Part shown: positions 8,599 through 19,392 of the stretch, in pieces | How positions within the stretch are numbered: position 1 is the first letter of the stretch | Layout of the letters: every line of letters starts with the position of its first letter | NCBI GenBank assembly: GCA_903884815.1 | Contig: CAISGE010000070.1 | Span: 22,080-86,079, forward strand | DNA from: Candidatus Omnitrophota bacterium | GTDB lineage: Bacteria > Omnitrophota > Omnitrophia > Omnitrophales > Aquincolibacteriaceae | Reading direction: 5' to 3' | DNA length: 64,000 nucleotides | Made by a program: the position numbers and the translations under genes | Notes under the pieces: model-generated | What the model saw: the letters and a program-made list of their open reading frames with translations, nothing else | What the model was told of the DNA's origin: nothing | Databases searched by the model: none

Positions 8599-10809
8599 AA
8601 GCATATTCACGGCCCCCAAAAGTACCAGCGTATTCAAAACGCCCCAGATCGGGATAAGGAAGCCTGCTGTCAGAAGAGCGCCCAATGCCGAGCCCCCAAG
8701 ATCGGCGGCATAAACGCTTCCGAGAAACTTCCCCTGGCCCTTTAACAGATAAAGGCGATTCGCCACCGGAAAGACCATGCCGGCCCAAAATCCCCCAAGA
8801 AGCGCCACGCCTAAAAAGATGAACTGGGACTCCGCGCGGAGGGAGAACAGGCCGGAGAAAATTCCCTCACAAAGCGGTAGCAGCAACAAGAAGAACGCGG
8901 CATTCGCGAGATGAAGCGCCGCCAAAAGCGGCCTTTCGGATATCTTTCCTGACTTCAGAGCAAGCCAAGTCCCGGCACCGAGTCCCGCCATGAATGCCGT
9001 AATGAGCCAAGCGAGACGATAATAGAGATCTCCGAAGGCCGCCTGAAAGAGATAGATCCCCAAGATCTCGGAAGCCATGAGAGAAAAACCAGCCGATCCC
9101 ATGCTCAAGAGGGCAAGCCGCTGTGTCCGTTTTTCAAAACCTTTTGCCCAAGAACCAAAGAACAAGATCACGAGGAGAAACAGACCCAGGATAGCGGAGA
9201 ATGGAACCCCGCCCAAAACAGAGAATCCCCCGGAAACATGGGGATCAAATTGGCTGAGCCACCTGAGGAAGGCGAAATAACAAACCCTCGGCCGCAAGTC
9301 CGTATTCGTGATCTTCACCGCTGCGTTCCTAAAAACCGCAGCAACCCGCGCCACCCGGTCATTCTCCAACCGGTAACGGATAAAGTCCGCCGTCACGAAA
9401 TCCGTCCGAACTTTTCTCTCTAAAAGTCGCCCGGCCATGACCTTCGCGTCCCATGCAAGCGAGGCATTCGCCGAAGCGATAAAAAAAAGCGTATCCTCGG
9501 GAAGGATGCGGACGAAGGGAAAGACCTGCCGGAGCGTCGCGTCAACCGAGGCACCGAACCGCGCGAGAACCGGCGTCGTAAAATCTGCCGCGAAGGTAAT
9601 GTGAGTCGCAAAAATACCGTCCGGCGCAAGATGCGAACGCACCAGGCGGAAGAACCGTTCCGTGTAATTGCGGTTCACGAGAACAGAAACGGGATCCGGA
9701 AAATTCGAAATGATAACATCGAAAATTCCGCCTTCCGTCCTGAGAAAATCGAGAGGGTCCCGGCTACGGAACTTCACCCGGGGATCGATCAGAGCCTTCT
9801 TAGGCCCCTCAGAAAGGAAGCCGGCGGCGATCTTCGCAATTGCCGGATCAAGCTCAACGGAAACAACCTCCGCGGGCGCGTGCTTCAAGATCTCCTCAAG
9901 CGGTCCGTTAAAACCCGTTCCAAGTATCAGTATCCTGCGGGGAGAGGAATGCGCGAGCATCGGGAAATGCACCAGATATTCACTCGCGAGATCCGCCTGA
10001 TCCGCCCCCAAAAGCAGTCCGTTTTGATAGAAGTCGTGCTGACGCCCCAGGCGTGTGACGGACACATTCCCATGGATGGTGTTCCGGGTTACCAGAAGTT
10101 TTTCATTCGGAAACCGGAACTGGGATGTTTTCTGCTGAATGGCCGAGCTGCCCACCACAAGCCCTATAAGAAAAATAAGCCCTAAAAGGGCCATCGCTAG
10201 CTGATGGGATCTTTTCTCTCCCGCGAGATTGAGGATGAGGGACGCGGCAGTGAAATTCAAAATGGCCAGGATTGCCGCAACACGGAACTCGTTGGCGAAA
10301 ACTAGAAAAAAACTGAAAGCAATACCTCCCGTGACGAACCCCAGGCATTCCCAAAGGTAGGCCCCGCCAACCATTTGAGCCGCATCACCCCTCGAGTCTC
10401 CCGACGCCCGCACTCGGGCCGCAGCTGTAAATTGAATTCCCATCACCCCGCAAAGGGGTACAAGCACCGCGAAAGAATAAATGAGCGACGGAGAAAGTGC
10501 GGGAATGGAGCCGGGCGGTGTGGCAAGTATCATCTTGCCGGAACGAACTAGGAAGATCGCGAGCGGGAAAAGGAGGGCGGACAGGCCATGGCAGAGTCCG
10601 AGAAGTCGGGAGAGGCTCCGTACCTCCGCAGTCGCCCTTGATCCCAACGCGCTCCCGACAGCCGTACCGATGAGCCAGCAAAAGAGTATCCACCCAATGA
10701 AAAACTCGTTGCCGTAGAAACTCATCGCCAGTTCTCGGGTCACCACAACCTGAGAAACGAGGGAAGAGAATCCGAGGACCGTAAAAGAAAAAATGAGGAT
10801 CTTTTTCAT
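8548..10809 (-). CDS. Fused polytopic membrane (MFS-like) domain and spermidine synthase-like (PABS-fold aminopropyltransferase/methyltransferase) protein
   Basis: N-terminal half has at least 8 TM segments. The middle has ILILGTGFNGPLEEILKHAPAEVVSVELDP, a spermidine-synthase-type Rossmann motif. The C-terminal block has additional TM segments. Its 3' end overlaps the convergent Memo-AMMECR1 gene by 51 nt. Confidence 0.8.
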   Translation of the reverse strand: MKKILIFSFTVLGFSSLVSQVVVTRELAMSFYGNEFFIGWILFCWLIGTAVGSALGSRATAEVRSLSRLLGLCHGLSALLFPLAIFLVRSGKMILATPPGSIPALSPSLIYSFAVLVPLCGVMGIQFTAAARVRASGDSRGDAAQMVGGAYLWECLGFVTGGIAFSFFLVFANEFRVAAILAILNFTAASLILNLAGEKRSHQLAMALLGLIFLIGLVVGSSAIQQKTSQFRFPNEKLLVTRNTIHGNVSVTRLGRQHDFYQNGLLLGADQADLASEYLVHFPMLAHSSPRRILILGTGFNGPLEEILKHAPAEVVSVELDPAIAKIAAGFLSEGPKKALIDPRVKFRSRDPLDFLRTEGGIFDVIISNFPDPVSVLVNRNYTERFFRLVRSHLAPDGIFATHITFAADFTTPVLARFGASVDATLRQVFPFVRILPEDTLFFIASANASLAWDAKVMAGRLLERKVRTDFVTADFIRYRLENDRVARVAAVFRNAAVKITNTDLRPRVCYFAFLRWLSQFDPHVSGGFSVLGGVPFSAILGLFLLVILFFGSWAKGFEKRTQRLALLSMGSAGFSLMASEILGIYLFQAAFGDLYYRLAWLITAFMAGLGAGTWLALKSGKISERPLLAALHLANAAFFLLLLPLCEGIFSGLFSLRAESQFIFLGVALLGGFWAGMVFPVANRLYLLKGQGKFLGSVYAADLGGSALGALLTAGFLIPIWGVLNTLVLLGAVNMLLVLLFLFRKDLGCKNL

Positions 10810-10876
10810 CTTTCCCGTTACCCCCGAAGAATCCGCAGAGGCCCGATGCGAAAAAGTTCTAAATCAGACGGCCATT

Positions 10877-11764
10877 TCAGGAGGCTTTCCCTGAAATAAT
10901 ATGGACATCGCTTTGCGGGTAGGGCATGGTGAGTTTTGCCGCAATGAGCGCCTTATGGATCGCAAGATTGATCGCGCAGAGACTCTGGAAATATTTCGTC
11001 GACGGGATCCAGTAGCGGCAGCCGATATCGATCGAGGAGTCCCCAAATTCCTGGAGGCCGACTTGTGGTTTTGGCGTTTGCGCCACATCCTTAAAACTGT
11101 TGATCGTCTTTTCGATCACCTGGATCGCCTTCTCAGGATCATCCGAATAGCTGATCCCCACCATATTCTCCACGATCTTGTACTTGAAGGAATTGTGAAT
11201 GATCTCGCCCACTATATGCTTGTTGGGAATGGTGATCTTAACCCCATCTTCATCCGTCAGGATTGTGGAGGATAACGTGACCTCCTTGACGATCCCGGTC
11301 TGTCCCTGAACCTGGATGTTATCTCCCACGACGAACGGACGGCCCAAAATGATCGAGATACCGGCGCCGTAATTCGAAAGAGGTCCTTGAAGAGCCATGC
11401 TAACCCCGAATGCCCCGGCACCGATCATGGCGATAAAGGGTGTGATCGTGATGCCGAATTTCCCGAGAGCGATGAGGATCGCAAATCCCAGGATCATGAT
11501 CTTTACACAAGATGCAATAAACTTGGCGAGGGTAATATCCACTTTCTTCGCATTGCAAAGCTTTAGAATGACCCTCAAGGCCCAATTCGCGATAAAGTTC
11601 CCGATAATAAGGACAAGAATGGCGCCAATCACTTGAAAACTGTAATTGGTAAGGAACTCCACTGCCGTTTTGATGAACTGTTGCACCGTGCTCATCTCTT
11701 TTTCCATAAATTTCCCCTCTAGAACTTTATGTGCCGTTGTTTGAAGCGCGGAAGATACAGCCAT
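10877..11764 (-). CDS. Mechanosensitive ion channel, MscS family
   Basis: Three TM segments followed by the MscS beta-domain signature (FVVGDNIQVQGQTGIVKEVTLSSTILTDEDGVKITIPN). A strong RBS AAGGAGGT lies 7 nt upstream of the ATG at 11764. Confidence 0.85.
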   Translation of the reverse strand: MAVSSALQTTAHKVLEGKFMEKEMSTVQQFIKTAVEFLTNYSFQVIGAILVLIIGNFIANWALRVILKLCNAKKVDITLAKFIASCVKIMILGFAILIALGKFGITITPFIAMIGAGAFGVSMALQGPLSNYGAGISIILGRPFVVGDNIQVQGQTGIVKEVTLSSTILTDEDGVKITIPNKHIVGEIIHNSFKYKIVENMVGISYSDDPEKAIQVIEKTINSFKDVAQTPKPQVGLQEFGDSSIDIGCRYWIPSTKYFQSLCAINLAIHKALIAAKLTMPYPQSDVHIISGKAS

Positions 11765-11825
11765 GTCATACCTCCTTCATTTTATCACTATTTTGTGAGG
11801 GAAAGAAGCTTCCCAGCGGCGATCT

Positions 11826-13016
11826 TCAGGCTTTCGCTTGAAGAGGTAGTGTAAAAATAAACTTCGATCCTTTACCGAGTTCCGACTCAATCCATATCTT
11901 GCCGCCGTGAAGGTCCACAATATCCTTGGCAATGGAAAGGCCAAGGCCCGTTCCTTCCGCTTTCTCCGTCAGAATGCGCTCGAACTTGTCGAAAAGCTTG
12001 CGCTGATTCTCCGGGCTAATTCCCCCTCCGGTATCCTCCACTTCCACGCGGGCCTCCCCTTCCACTGCAAGAAGCCGCAACACAACCTTACGGCCCTCGG
12101 GCGTGTATTTCAAGGCATTGCTCGTCAGATTCACCACCACCTGGGTCAAACGGTCTTCATCGGCAAGCACTGTCACCGGTTCGGCTGGGATCTCAAGACC
12201 AAACTGGATATTCTTTTTTACCGCCTCCTCCACAAAAGATTCGCGCGTGCCTTTCAGGACGCTCCCGAGATCCACCGTTCCGAGCTCGAGCTTCATTTTC
12301 CCGGCCGCGATCTTGGAAACATCCAGAATATCCTTGATCAAGCGTAGGAGGCGTTTGATGGTTCGAAGCATGATCTCGATCGTCTCCGTTTGCTTCGTCG
12401 TCACGGGCCCGTAAAAACCATCCTGCAGGTTGTCAGCAAACCCTTTCATGATCGCAAGCGGTGATTTGAGTTCGTGGGACACATTGGCCACGAAAGCATC
12501 TTTCTTCTCATCCAGTTCTTTCAGGCGCGTCACATCGAGATAAAGCTGGCGGTCCAAAAGCTGGGACAGTGCAAGAACGATCTCGGTCTCGCTCATAGCT
12601 TTCGGCGCATTGACCGCGGGAGCACTTTCGCGAGCCGGCGTTTTCTTAAGATACATCTCCACCGCAGAGATCAGCGCGGCGCCTTCATCCTTGCCGTAGA
12701 AACCATCCGCACCGGTCTGAAAGCTCCATTTCTGGGGATCCTGGACCACGCCTACGGCATCGCGGGCCGTCATCATAACGATTGGAATGTCCTTCGTGGC
12801 AGGATGATCTTTGAGGAGTCGGCAGACTTGATAACCGTTGATCTTGGGCATATGAACATCGAGAAGGATGAGGTCGGGAATGCGGGAAAATACGGTATTG
12901 ATCGCTTCGATCCCATCCACGGCGGTCAAAACCTCATAACCGCCGTCCTCAAGCTGCACTTTGTACATCTCTCGCACAAGAGAACTATCATCCACCACGA
13001 GAATAATTTTTTTCAC
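11826..13016 (-). CDS. Hybrid sensor histidine kinase with an N-terminal receiver domain (REC-HisKA-HATPase_c)
   Basis: REC: [18 protein letters not shown]...[13 protein letters not shown]. HisKA H-box: [15 protein letters not shown]. HATPase: G-boxes ([19 protein letters not shown]). Confidence 0.85.
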   Translation of the reverse strand: MKKIILVVDDSSLVREMYKVQLEDGGYEVLTAVDGIEAINTVFSRIPDLILLDVHMPKINGYQVCRLLKDHPATKDIPIVMMTARDAVGVVQDPQKWSFQTGADGFYGKDEGAALISAVEMYLKKTPARESAPAVNAPKAMSETEIVLALSQLLDRQLYLDVTRLKELDEKKDAFVANVSHELKSPLAIMKGFADNLQDGFYGPVTTKQTETIEIMLRTIKRLLRLIKDILDVSKIAAGKMKLELGTVDLGSVLKGTRESFVEEAVKKNIQFGLEIPAEPVTVLADEDRLTQVVVNLTSNALKYTPEGRKVVLRLLAVEGEARVEVEDTGGGISPENQRKLFDKFERILTEKAEGTGLGLSIAKDIVDLHGGKIWIESELGKGSKFIFTLPLQAKA

Positions 13017-13035
13017 AGAGTCCCCCTCGGGTATC

Positions 13036-14040
13036 TCAGCGTACGGACCGGTTTATTTCATCCGCCATAGAATCAAGAGACAGCACGCAGGCGATCGCGC
13101 CTTGATCCACCGCCACTTTATTCATCCCGTAGATCGCGGAGGTCTTCTCATCCTGCGCGATCGTGTGGCCCCCCGCCGCTCGAATAGCTGCAATCCCCTC
13201 CACACCGTCCCGTCCCATACCGGTCATGATCACACCCACCGCCCTGTCCTTATAAATCTCTGCCGCTGAGAGCATCATCACGTCGATCGAGGGAACATGA
13301 AGCATTTTCCGGGACCCATCTTCCTTAAGAACGATCTTCTCTTCCTCATTGACGGTCATATGAACCCCATCCGGCGCAAAATAAACGGTTCCGCTTTTAA
13401 GTGGATCGCCCGCTTTAGCTACCCGGAGACTGAGCGCCGAGGTTAAACTCAACCACTCCACAAGCCCTTGAATGAACCCTGTGGAAATATGCTGGACAAT
13501 AAGAACGCATGCCGGAAGATCGGCGGGCAGTTTTGCGAGAAGGGCTTGCAGCGCCTGAGGCCCCCCTGTTGATACACCCAGGGCCACCACCCGCGTGGCA
13601 GCTTCTCTGTTCGTGACAAGCCTCTTCACTACCGGGCGGATATGCATCCTCCGGAGAGCTTTCACCCGGGAAGCGATCTTCACCTTCAACAGTACTTCCC
13701 CCTTGATCTCATCGAGGTCCCCGGTACTTGCCACAAAATCCATGGCTCCAAAGCTAAGCGCCTTGACGATGATCGGAACTTCCCGGCTGCTGACGATCAC
13801 GATCGGAGTCGGGCACTCTTCCATGATCAGCTCCGTCGCTTCCAATCCTCCCATCACCGGCATGGTTATATCCATGGTGACCACGTCCGGCCTCAAGGCT
13901 AACGTCTTTTCATAGCCTTCTTTCCCGTTGCGGGCCTCGCCAATCACTTCGATCTCAGGGTCCGCACTCAAAATGGTATTCAGCGCCTGGCGCACCAGCG
14001 TCGAATCATCAACAATCAAAACACGGATATTTTTCGGCAT
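13036..14040 (-). CDS. cheB: Chemotaxis response regulator protein-glutamate methylesterase CheB
   Basis: REC domain ([14 protein letters not shown]...[11 protein letters not shown]) plus the CheB methylesterase catalytic domain ([31 protein letters not shown]). Start set at MPKNIRV with RBS AAGGGAA. Confidence 0.9.
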   Translation of the reverse strand: MPKNIRVLIVDDSTLVRQALNTILSADPEIEVIGEARNGKEGYEKTLALRPDVVTMDITMPVMGGLEATELIMEECPTPIVIVSSREVPIIVKALSFGAMDFVASTGDLDEIKGEVLLKVKIASRVKALRRMHIRPVVKRLVTNREAATRVVALGVSTGGPQALQALLAKLPADLPACVLIVQHISTGFIQGLVEWLSLTSALSLRVAKAGDPLKSGTVYFAPDGVHMTVNEEEKIVLKEDGSRKMLHVPSIDVMMLSAAEIYKDRAVGVIMTGMGRDGVEGIAAIRAAGGHTIAQDEKTSAIYGMNKVAVDQGAIACVLSLDSMADEINRSVR

Positions 14041-14101
14041 AATTCCCTTTATGTTGAAATTCAAAACGCATGCATTGAACTTTTATCTCTAACGCTGCGT
14101 T

Positions 14102-16255
14102 CTACCCCAGCAACCGCTCCATGGTCTCGAGAAGACCTTCGGAGGTGAAATCGCTTTTGAGAAGGTACGCGTTAGCGCCCGCCTCCATTCCCTTGCGTTT
14201 ATCTTCATCGCTTTCGCGGGTGGTCACGATAATGATCGGGACCTCTTTGTAATTCTTTTCCCGGCGCAAGCGCGTCACAAGTTCGAATCCATCCATCCGG
14301 GGCATCAAAACATCCGAGATGACGAGATCGAATTTTTCCTGCGCTGCCTTTTCAAGCGCCTCCTTGCCGTCCCGGGCGATCACCACCGCATAACCCACGG
14401 ATTCGAGAATATTCTTCTCCAGCATGGCGGTAGTCAGTGTGTCCTCAGCGAGCAGAATAGTTTTCTTCTTTTTTCCCGGAGCGGCTTTGGGCTTTGCGGT
14501 CGTCTGGCGAACCACGCCTCCTTCGGCCGAATGGATGATCGAAGGAATATCCAGGATCATAACGACCTTCCCACTCCCCAGGATCGTCGCACCCGCGATG
14601 TGCTTCACGTGCTTCAAAGGGTCGCCCATGCTCTTGGAGATGATCTCCTGACGCCCCATCAGCTCATCCACCAGGATCCCGATCCTTTTTTCGACCGACT
14701 GAACGATCAGTACCGGAAAGAATTTCTTCTCCAAGATCCCTTTCGCGGGAAGCCCAAAGACATCATGCAATTTGACGACCGGCAGGATATGCCCCCGCAC
14801 CGTGATCACATCCTTGGTCTCCACGGTCTTGAGATCCGCGAGATTGATCCGCACCGTTTCGATCACAGAGTCGACCGGGATTGCAAAGATATCACTGCCC
14901 GCCACCACCAGGAGACTTTCGGTGATCGCAAGCGTGAGCGGCAACCGTATGATAAAACTGGTTCCTCGAGCAGGATCGGAAGAAACCTCCACCATGCCCT
15001 TCAACTTGATCACAGTGTCGCGCACCACATCGAGCCCCACCCCGCGCCCGGAAATGTCGGAAACTTCTTCGCGCGTACTGAACCCTGGAGTGAAAAGCAG
15101 CTGAAAGATCTGTTCATCCACCATCGAGGAAATATGTTCCTGGGACACAAGATCCCTGGCCACAGCGATCTCCCGGACCTTGGCAACATCGATACCGCAT
15201 CCGTCATCGGTCACCGAAATGACCACCTGTGAACCTTCTTGGGTTGCCGAAAGCTTGATCCTGCCCGAGGCAGGCTTATTCTGCCTTTTTCTTTCTTCCG
15301 GAGATTCGATCCCGTGGTCCACGGAGTTCCTTAAAAGATGCATCAGGGGCACCTTCATTTCATCCAGGATCGCCTTATCAAGCTGGGTATCCTGACCTTC
15401 GATCACCAGATCAACCTGCTTTCTTTTTTGCTGCGCGAGATCTCTCATCGCCCTGGGAAAGGAGTTGAAAAGATAAGCGACCGGAAGCATGCGGACTTTC
15501 ATCATTTCATCCTGCATGTTCTCCGTCAGAAGATCGATGCGCTCCGTAACCGAGGTCAGATCCTTCATCACGCCACTGAAAACAGCGTAAGCCTCTCCTT
15601 GCGCCTCCGCTTTCACCAGAAGTTCCTTCGAAAGCTCTTCAAGGCGGATCTTGGAGATAAGCAGCTCGCCCGAAAGATTGATCAAACGATTAAGCTTCGC
15701 TATATCCACCCGGACGCTGTCCTCAACAGGTGCCGCAGGAGCAGAAGGAGCCTCGATGGTTTCGGCTTCAGAGATGCCTGAAGCCGGTTCCGGCTTAACC
15801 GAAGGCTCCGTAGCATCAGGAGCCGGGGCCACCGGAGACCGAGGGAGTTCCCCTTCAAATTTTCCGGAAAAAACCTTCTCTGCTAAGGCGCACAAATCCT
15901 CTGTAAGGTCACGGTTGATCCCGCTATCGTTCCAGGTCACTTTGTCTTGAAGCAGCGGCTCGACCACATCGAGACACTTGAATAACATTTCAAAGCAGGT
16001 TTTACTGAGAGAAAGTTCACCGTTTAGGGCCCGCTGGAGACCATCCTCCATTTTGTGAGTGATGTCGGCGATGCGCTTGTAGCCCATCATGGTGGCACCG
16101 CCCTTAATGCTATGGGCCTCGCGCATCATGGAATTCAAAAGTTCACGGTCCGAAGGGGATTTTTCGAGCTTCAACAGCCCCAGGCTGAGGGCCTGGACAC
16201 GTTCTCGTGTCTCGGTCTTGAACTGATCGATGAATTTCGATTTATCAAACGCCAT
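14102..16255 (-). CDS. cheA: Chemotaxis histidine kinase CheA fused to a C-terminal CheY-like receiver (CheA-CheY)
   Basis: Hpt domain with the phospho-His (REAHSIKGGATMMG), dimerisation domain, HATPase (HLLRNSVDHGIE...DDGCGID...GRGVGLDVV) and a CheW-like domain. The C-terminal REC is KTILLAEDTLTTAML...ISDVLMPRMDGFEL...KSDF. Confidence 0.9.
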   Translation of the reverse strand: MAFDKSKFIDQFKTETRERVQALSLGLLKLEKSPSDRELLNSMMREAHSIKGGATMMGYKRIADITHKMEDGLQRALNGELSLSKTCFEMLFKCLDVVEPLLQDKVTWNDSGINRDLTEDLCALAEKVFSGKFEGELPRSPVAPAPDATEPSVKPEPASGISEAETIEAPSAPAAPVEDSVRVDIAKLNRLINLSGELLISKIRLEELSKELLVKAEAQGEAYAVFSGVMKDLTSVTERIDLLTENMQDEMMKVRMLPVAYLFNSFPRAMRDLAQQKRKQVDLVIEGQDTQLDKAILDEMKVPLMHLLRNSVDHGIESPEERKRQNKPASGRIKLSATQEGSQVVISVTDDGCGIDVAKVREIAVARDLVSQEHISSMVDEQIFQLLFTPGFSTREEVSDISGRGVGLDVVRDTVIKLKGMVEVSSDPARGTSFIIRLPLTLAITESLLVVAGSDIFAIPVDSVIETVRINLADLKTVETKDVITVRGHILPVVKLHDVFGLPAKGILEKKFFPVLIVQSVEKRIGILVDELMGRQEIISKSMGDPLKHVKHIAGATILGSGKVVMILDIPSIIHSAEGGVVRQTTAKPKAAPGKKKKTILLAEDTLTTAMLEKNILESVGYAVVIARDGKEALEKAAQEKFDLVISDVLMPRMDGFELVTRLRREKNYKEVPIIIVTTRESDEDKRKGMEAGANAYLLKSDFTSEGLLETMERLLG

Positions 16256-16288
16256 CCGTAGGCCCCAAGATCAAAGCTTAGCTTAATT

Positions 16289-17806
16289 TTACAATTCGAA
16301 ATTGGAAGCGAGTTGCTTCAACTCACCAGCCAAGGCTCTAAGTTGTGTCACTGAAACTTGAGACTGATGGGCACCCGCTGAAATCTGCTTCATGGCTTTG
16401 TCGATACCCATCATGGCATCCGAGATTTGCTTAAAGCCGGAGATCTGCTGGTTCGAGGACATCTGGATCTCCCTAGCCCTTTCCGTGGTCTGCTGCGCAA
16501 GCCCTGCCTCTTCATCCACGCTCAGGATGCTTTGTTCCATGGACATGATCGCGTTCGACATTTCGTGCTGGATCAGCTCGATCAGCGCCGTGATGTCTTT
16601 CGTGGATTTCGCCGTCGAATCAGAGAGCTTCCGGATCTCATCCGCCACCACGGTAAACCCGCGACCCTGTTCCCCGGCGCGCGCCGCCTCGATCGATGCG
16701 TTCACCGCTAAAAGGTTCGTCTGGTCGGCCACGTCATCGATAAGATCCGTGATCTTGCCAATCCGTTGGGATTTTTCACCAAGGGAATTCAGCATCCCGT
16801 TCGTCTTGTCGATGGCCTCTTTGATCTTCGTCATCCCGGCCAGCGCGTGAGCCGCGACCTGCGCGACCTTTTTGATGCTTTCTCCAACGGATTCAGAAGT
16901 CGTCGAGAGCTCCTTTGCCGCCGCCGCGGTCTCCGTAACCGCTGATGACTGCTGAAAGGCGGTGGAAGCCTGTTCCTGAGAAGCCGTAAGTATCTCCTGG
17001 CTTGAAATCGTCATTTGATGCGTGGCATCCTGGACTTTTTTGATAATGGTCCTCAACCCCGCTGTCATATCATTAAAACTTGCCGCCAGAGCGCCAATTT
17101 CGTCGTTCGATTCCACCTTTACTTCTTTTGTAAGATTTGCATTGGCGACCAGATTCACCACGGCAGCCAAGGAATCCAGGGGATTCACGATGAGCCTGTT
17201 AAGGAGAAGAAAAATAGCACCGATCACCGCCAACAGGATCAGAGCCTGCATCAATCCGGCCTTGATCAGATCCCGTCGCATCGCGTCAAGGCTCGGCTGA
17301 AAGACAACCGTCGTCCTCAAGAGCGCCATCACATCACCCACTTGAATGCCCGCGTGACAAGCCATACAGTCCTTCCCAGCGATCAGCGGTGAAATGATAC
17401 GAATGGCTGCACTCCCCCCCACACTTATTGTTTGGCGTATGGGTTGACCGGAATTAAGCGCCTGCAGGTCAAGGTCATCCTTCGTTGGGCTATTCTTGCG
17501 TTCGCCAAGTTCTTTTTCGAGCAACGGAGATCGAACCACGCGGATCTCAGCCACCGACTGAAGCTTGCTTCCCTTATCAAGATAGGCTTCGAGATCGCTT
17601 TGCTGACCGGTCCTCATGAATCCATAGACAGCTTCATGGATCGAATCGGATAAAACATTCGCTCCCTGGATCGCCTGGCGTTTTACGTTCTCATGCGAAG
17701 AGTAAAAGAGCCAACCCATCATCAAAACGCCCCCCAGGAAAAGAATCCCAAATAGCGCGATCATGAACTTGGCGCGAATTCCCATCGCCCCTGCTTTTTT
17801 TGCCAT
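16289..17806 (-). CDS. Methyl-accepting chemotaxis protein with a periplasmic sensor domain carrying a CxxCH heme-c binding motif
   Basis: TM1 (aa 15-35), a periplasmic domain of about 140 aa containing GKDCMACHAG, TM2, HAMP, and the MCP signalling domain (LAVNASIEAARAGEQGRGFTVVADEIRKL). Confidence 0.9.
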   Translation of the reverse strand: MAKKAGAMGIRAKFMIALFGILFLGGVLMMGWLFYSSHENVKRQAIQGANVLSDSIHEAVYGFMRTGQQSDLEAYLDKGSKLQSVAEIRVVRSPLLEKELGERKNSPTKDDLDLQALNSGQPIRQTISVGGSAAIRIISPLIAGKDCMACHAGIQVGDVMALLRTTVVFQPSLDAMRRDLIKAGLMQALILLAVIGAIFLLLNRLIVNPLDSLAAVVNLVANANLTKEVKVESNDEIGALAASFNDMTAGLRTIIKKVQDATHQMTISSQEILTASQEQASTAFQQSSAVTETAAAAKELSTTSESVGESIKKVAQVAAHALAGMTKIKEAIDKTNGMLNSLGEKSQRIGKITDLIDDVADQTNLLAVNASIEAARAGEQGRGFTVVADEIRKLSDSTAKSTKDITALIELIQHEMSNAIMSMEQSILSVDEEAGLAQQTTERAREIQMSSNQQISGFKQISDAMMGIDKAMKQISAGAHQSQVSVTQLRALAGELKQLASNFEL

Positions 17807-17827
17807 TTTGTTCCCGGATCTTTTCAG

Positions 17828-19369
17828 TTAGAGTTTAAATTTTGAGGCAAGCGCCTTGAGTTCTCCGGCCAGAGAGGTGAGCTGCTTGACGGAGACCTGG
17901 GACTGCTGCGCTCCGGCGGCCACCTGCTTCATGGTCTCGTCGATATTCATCATTGCGTCGGCGATCTGCTTGGCGCCCGAGATCTGCTGATGCGTGCTCA
18001 TCGCGATCTCTTTGGATTTTTCGGTTGTCTGCTGCGCAAGCCGGGATTCCTCTTCCACGCTCTGAATGCTGGTTTCCATGGACATGATGGCGTTCGACAT
18101 CTCATGCTGAATGAGCTCGATCAGCGCGGTAATATCCTTCGTGGACTTCGCCGTCGAGTCCGCGAGCTTGCGAATCTCATCGGCCACCACGGTGAATCCG
18201 CGGCCCTGTTCGCCGGCTCGCGCGGCTTCGATCGAAGCGTTTACAGCCAAAAGGTTCGTCTGATCCGCCACGTCATCGATCAGTTCGGTGATCTTTCCGA
18301 TCTTCTGAGACTTTTCGCCCAAAGAATTCAGCATCCCGTTCGTTTTGTCAATCGATTCCTTGATCTTCGACATCCCAGCGAGCGCATGGGCCGCGACCTG
18401 CGCGACCTTTTTGATGCTCTCGCCGACCGTTTCGGAAGTTGTCGAAAGTTCCTTCGCTGCTGCCGTCGTCTCGGTCACCGCAGAGGATTGCTCACGCGCT
18501 GCGGCGGCCTGCTCTTGCGACGCCGCGAGGATCTCCGTGCCGGCGGAAGTGATCTGGCCCGTCGCCTCCTGCAACTTTATGAGTATGATCCTCAGGCCCG
18601 AAACCATATCTGAAAAACTTTTGGCCAGATCCCCGATCTCATCATTCGATGTAGCTTTGATCTCCATCGTCAGATCTGCCGCGGCAAGAGCCTCTGTGGC
18701 TTTCATGAGCAACTTCAAAGGATTTGTGATAGAGCGGGTGATCAACCACGTTAGGACCATGCCCACCCCGAGCGTGAGCAAGGCGAACACGATCAAGACG
18801 GTCCCCAAACGATGGGCTTTAGCATCCTGTTCTTTGATCAGTTTCGCCGTGTGTTCGATGGCGGCCGCGCTGCTATCATCGATCAGCTTCAGGCACTCCG
18901 CGTCATCCCCCGTCGTATCAGCGTCTATCTGCACGACATTGGCACCGGCCGCCGTGACATAGCTTTTCAAAGATTCAAAGTAGCCCTCATTGAGCTTCTT
19001 GTAGGCCTCGTCGAATTTCGCCAGGCGCTGTTTATTCCCCTCACTCAGGAAACAGTACGGGCCATCGGTCAGTTCTTTGGCATCCTTCTGAACCCGCGCG
19101 ATCTGATCCTCAAATTTTGCTTTATAAATAGCCAATTTCTCAGGGTCTTTCCCCTTAAGCAGAAGGTTCTTCCACTCTTTCACCTGCGTCTTGAACTCCG
19201 CCTCCATATTCAGAACGAGGTTGAGCTGTCCAACGCGTTTTTCGGTGAACTCATGGTAATCTCCCACCGTCTGGAGAAAGATCACGACAGAAAAAATCGT
19301 CGCTGCGAACATTAACCCAAATACGCCCCCGAATCCAAACGTCAACTTCTTTCCGATCGTCACACGCAT
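17828..19369 (-). CDS. Methyl-accepting chemotaxis protein with a four-helix-bundle-type periplasmic sensor; tandem paralogue of the upstream MCP
   Basis: TM1, a helical periplasmic domain of about 160 aa, TM2, HAMP, and an MCP signalling domain about 90% identical at the protein level to the neighbouring MCP. Confidence 0.9.
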   Translation of the reverse strand: MRVTIGKKLTFGFGGVFGLMFAATIFSVVIFLQTVGDYHEFTEKRVGQLNLVLNMEAEFKTQVKEWKNLLLKGKDPEKLAIYKAKFEDQIARVQKDAKELTDGPYCFLSEGNKQRLAKFDEAYKKLNEGYFESLKSYVTAAGANVVQIDADTTGDDAECLKLIDDSSAAAIEHTAKLIKEQDAKAHRLGTVLIVFALLTLGVGMVLTWLITRSITNPLKLLMKATEALAAADLTMEIKATSNDEIGDLAKSFSDMVSGLRIILIKLQEATGQITSAGTEILAASQEQAAAAREQSSAVTETTAAAKELSTTSETVGESIKKVAQVAAHALAGMSKIKESIDKTNGMLNSLGEKSQKIGKITELIDDVADQTNLLAVNASIEAARAGEQGRGFTVVADEIRKLADSTAKSTKDITALIELIQHEMSNAIMSMETSIQSVEEESRLAQQTTEKSKEIAMSTHQQISGAKQIADAMMNIDETMKQVAAGAQQSQVSVKQLTSLAGELKALASKFKL

Positions 19370-19392
19370 GATGTCTCTCCTTGTTGTCCGGA

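Noticed and set aside
12474-13070. Long antisense ORFs across the che operon (e.g. 12474..13070, 14531..15232, 17990..18613, 18345..18962, 19812..20570)
   Set aside because: All lie opposite well-supported che/MCP genes. Their compositions are biased (R/H/D/L-rich) and they have no domain signatures. They are GC-rich antisense artefacts.
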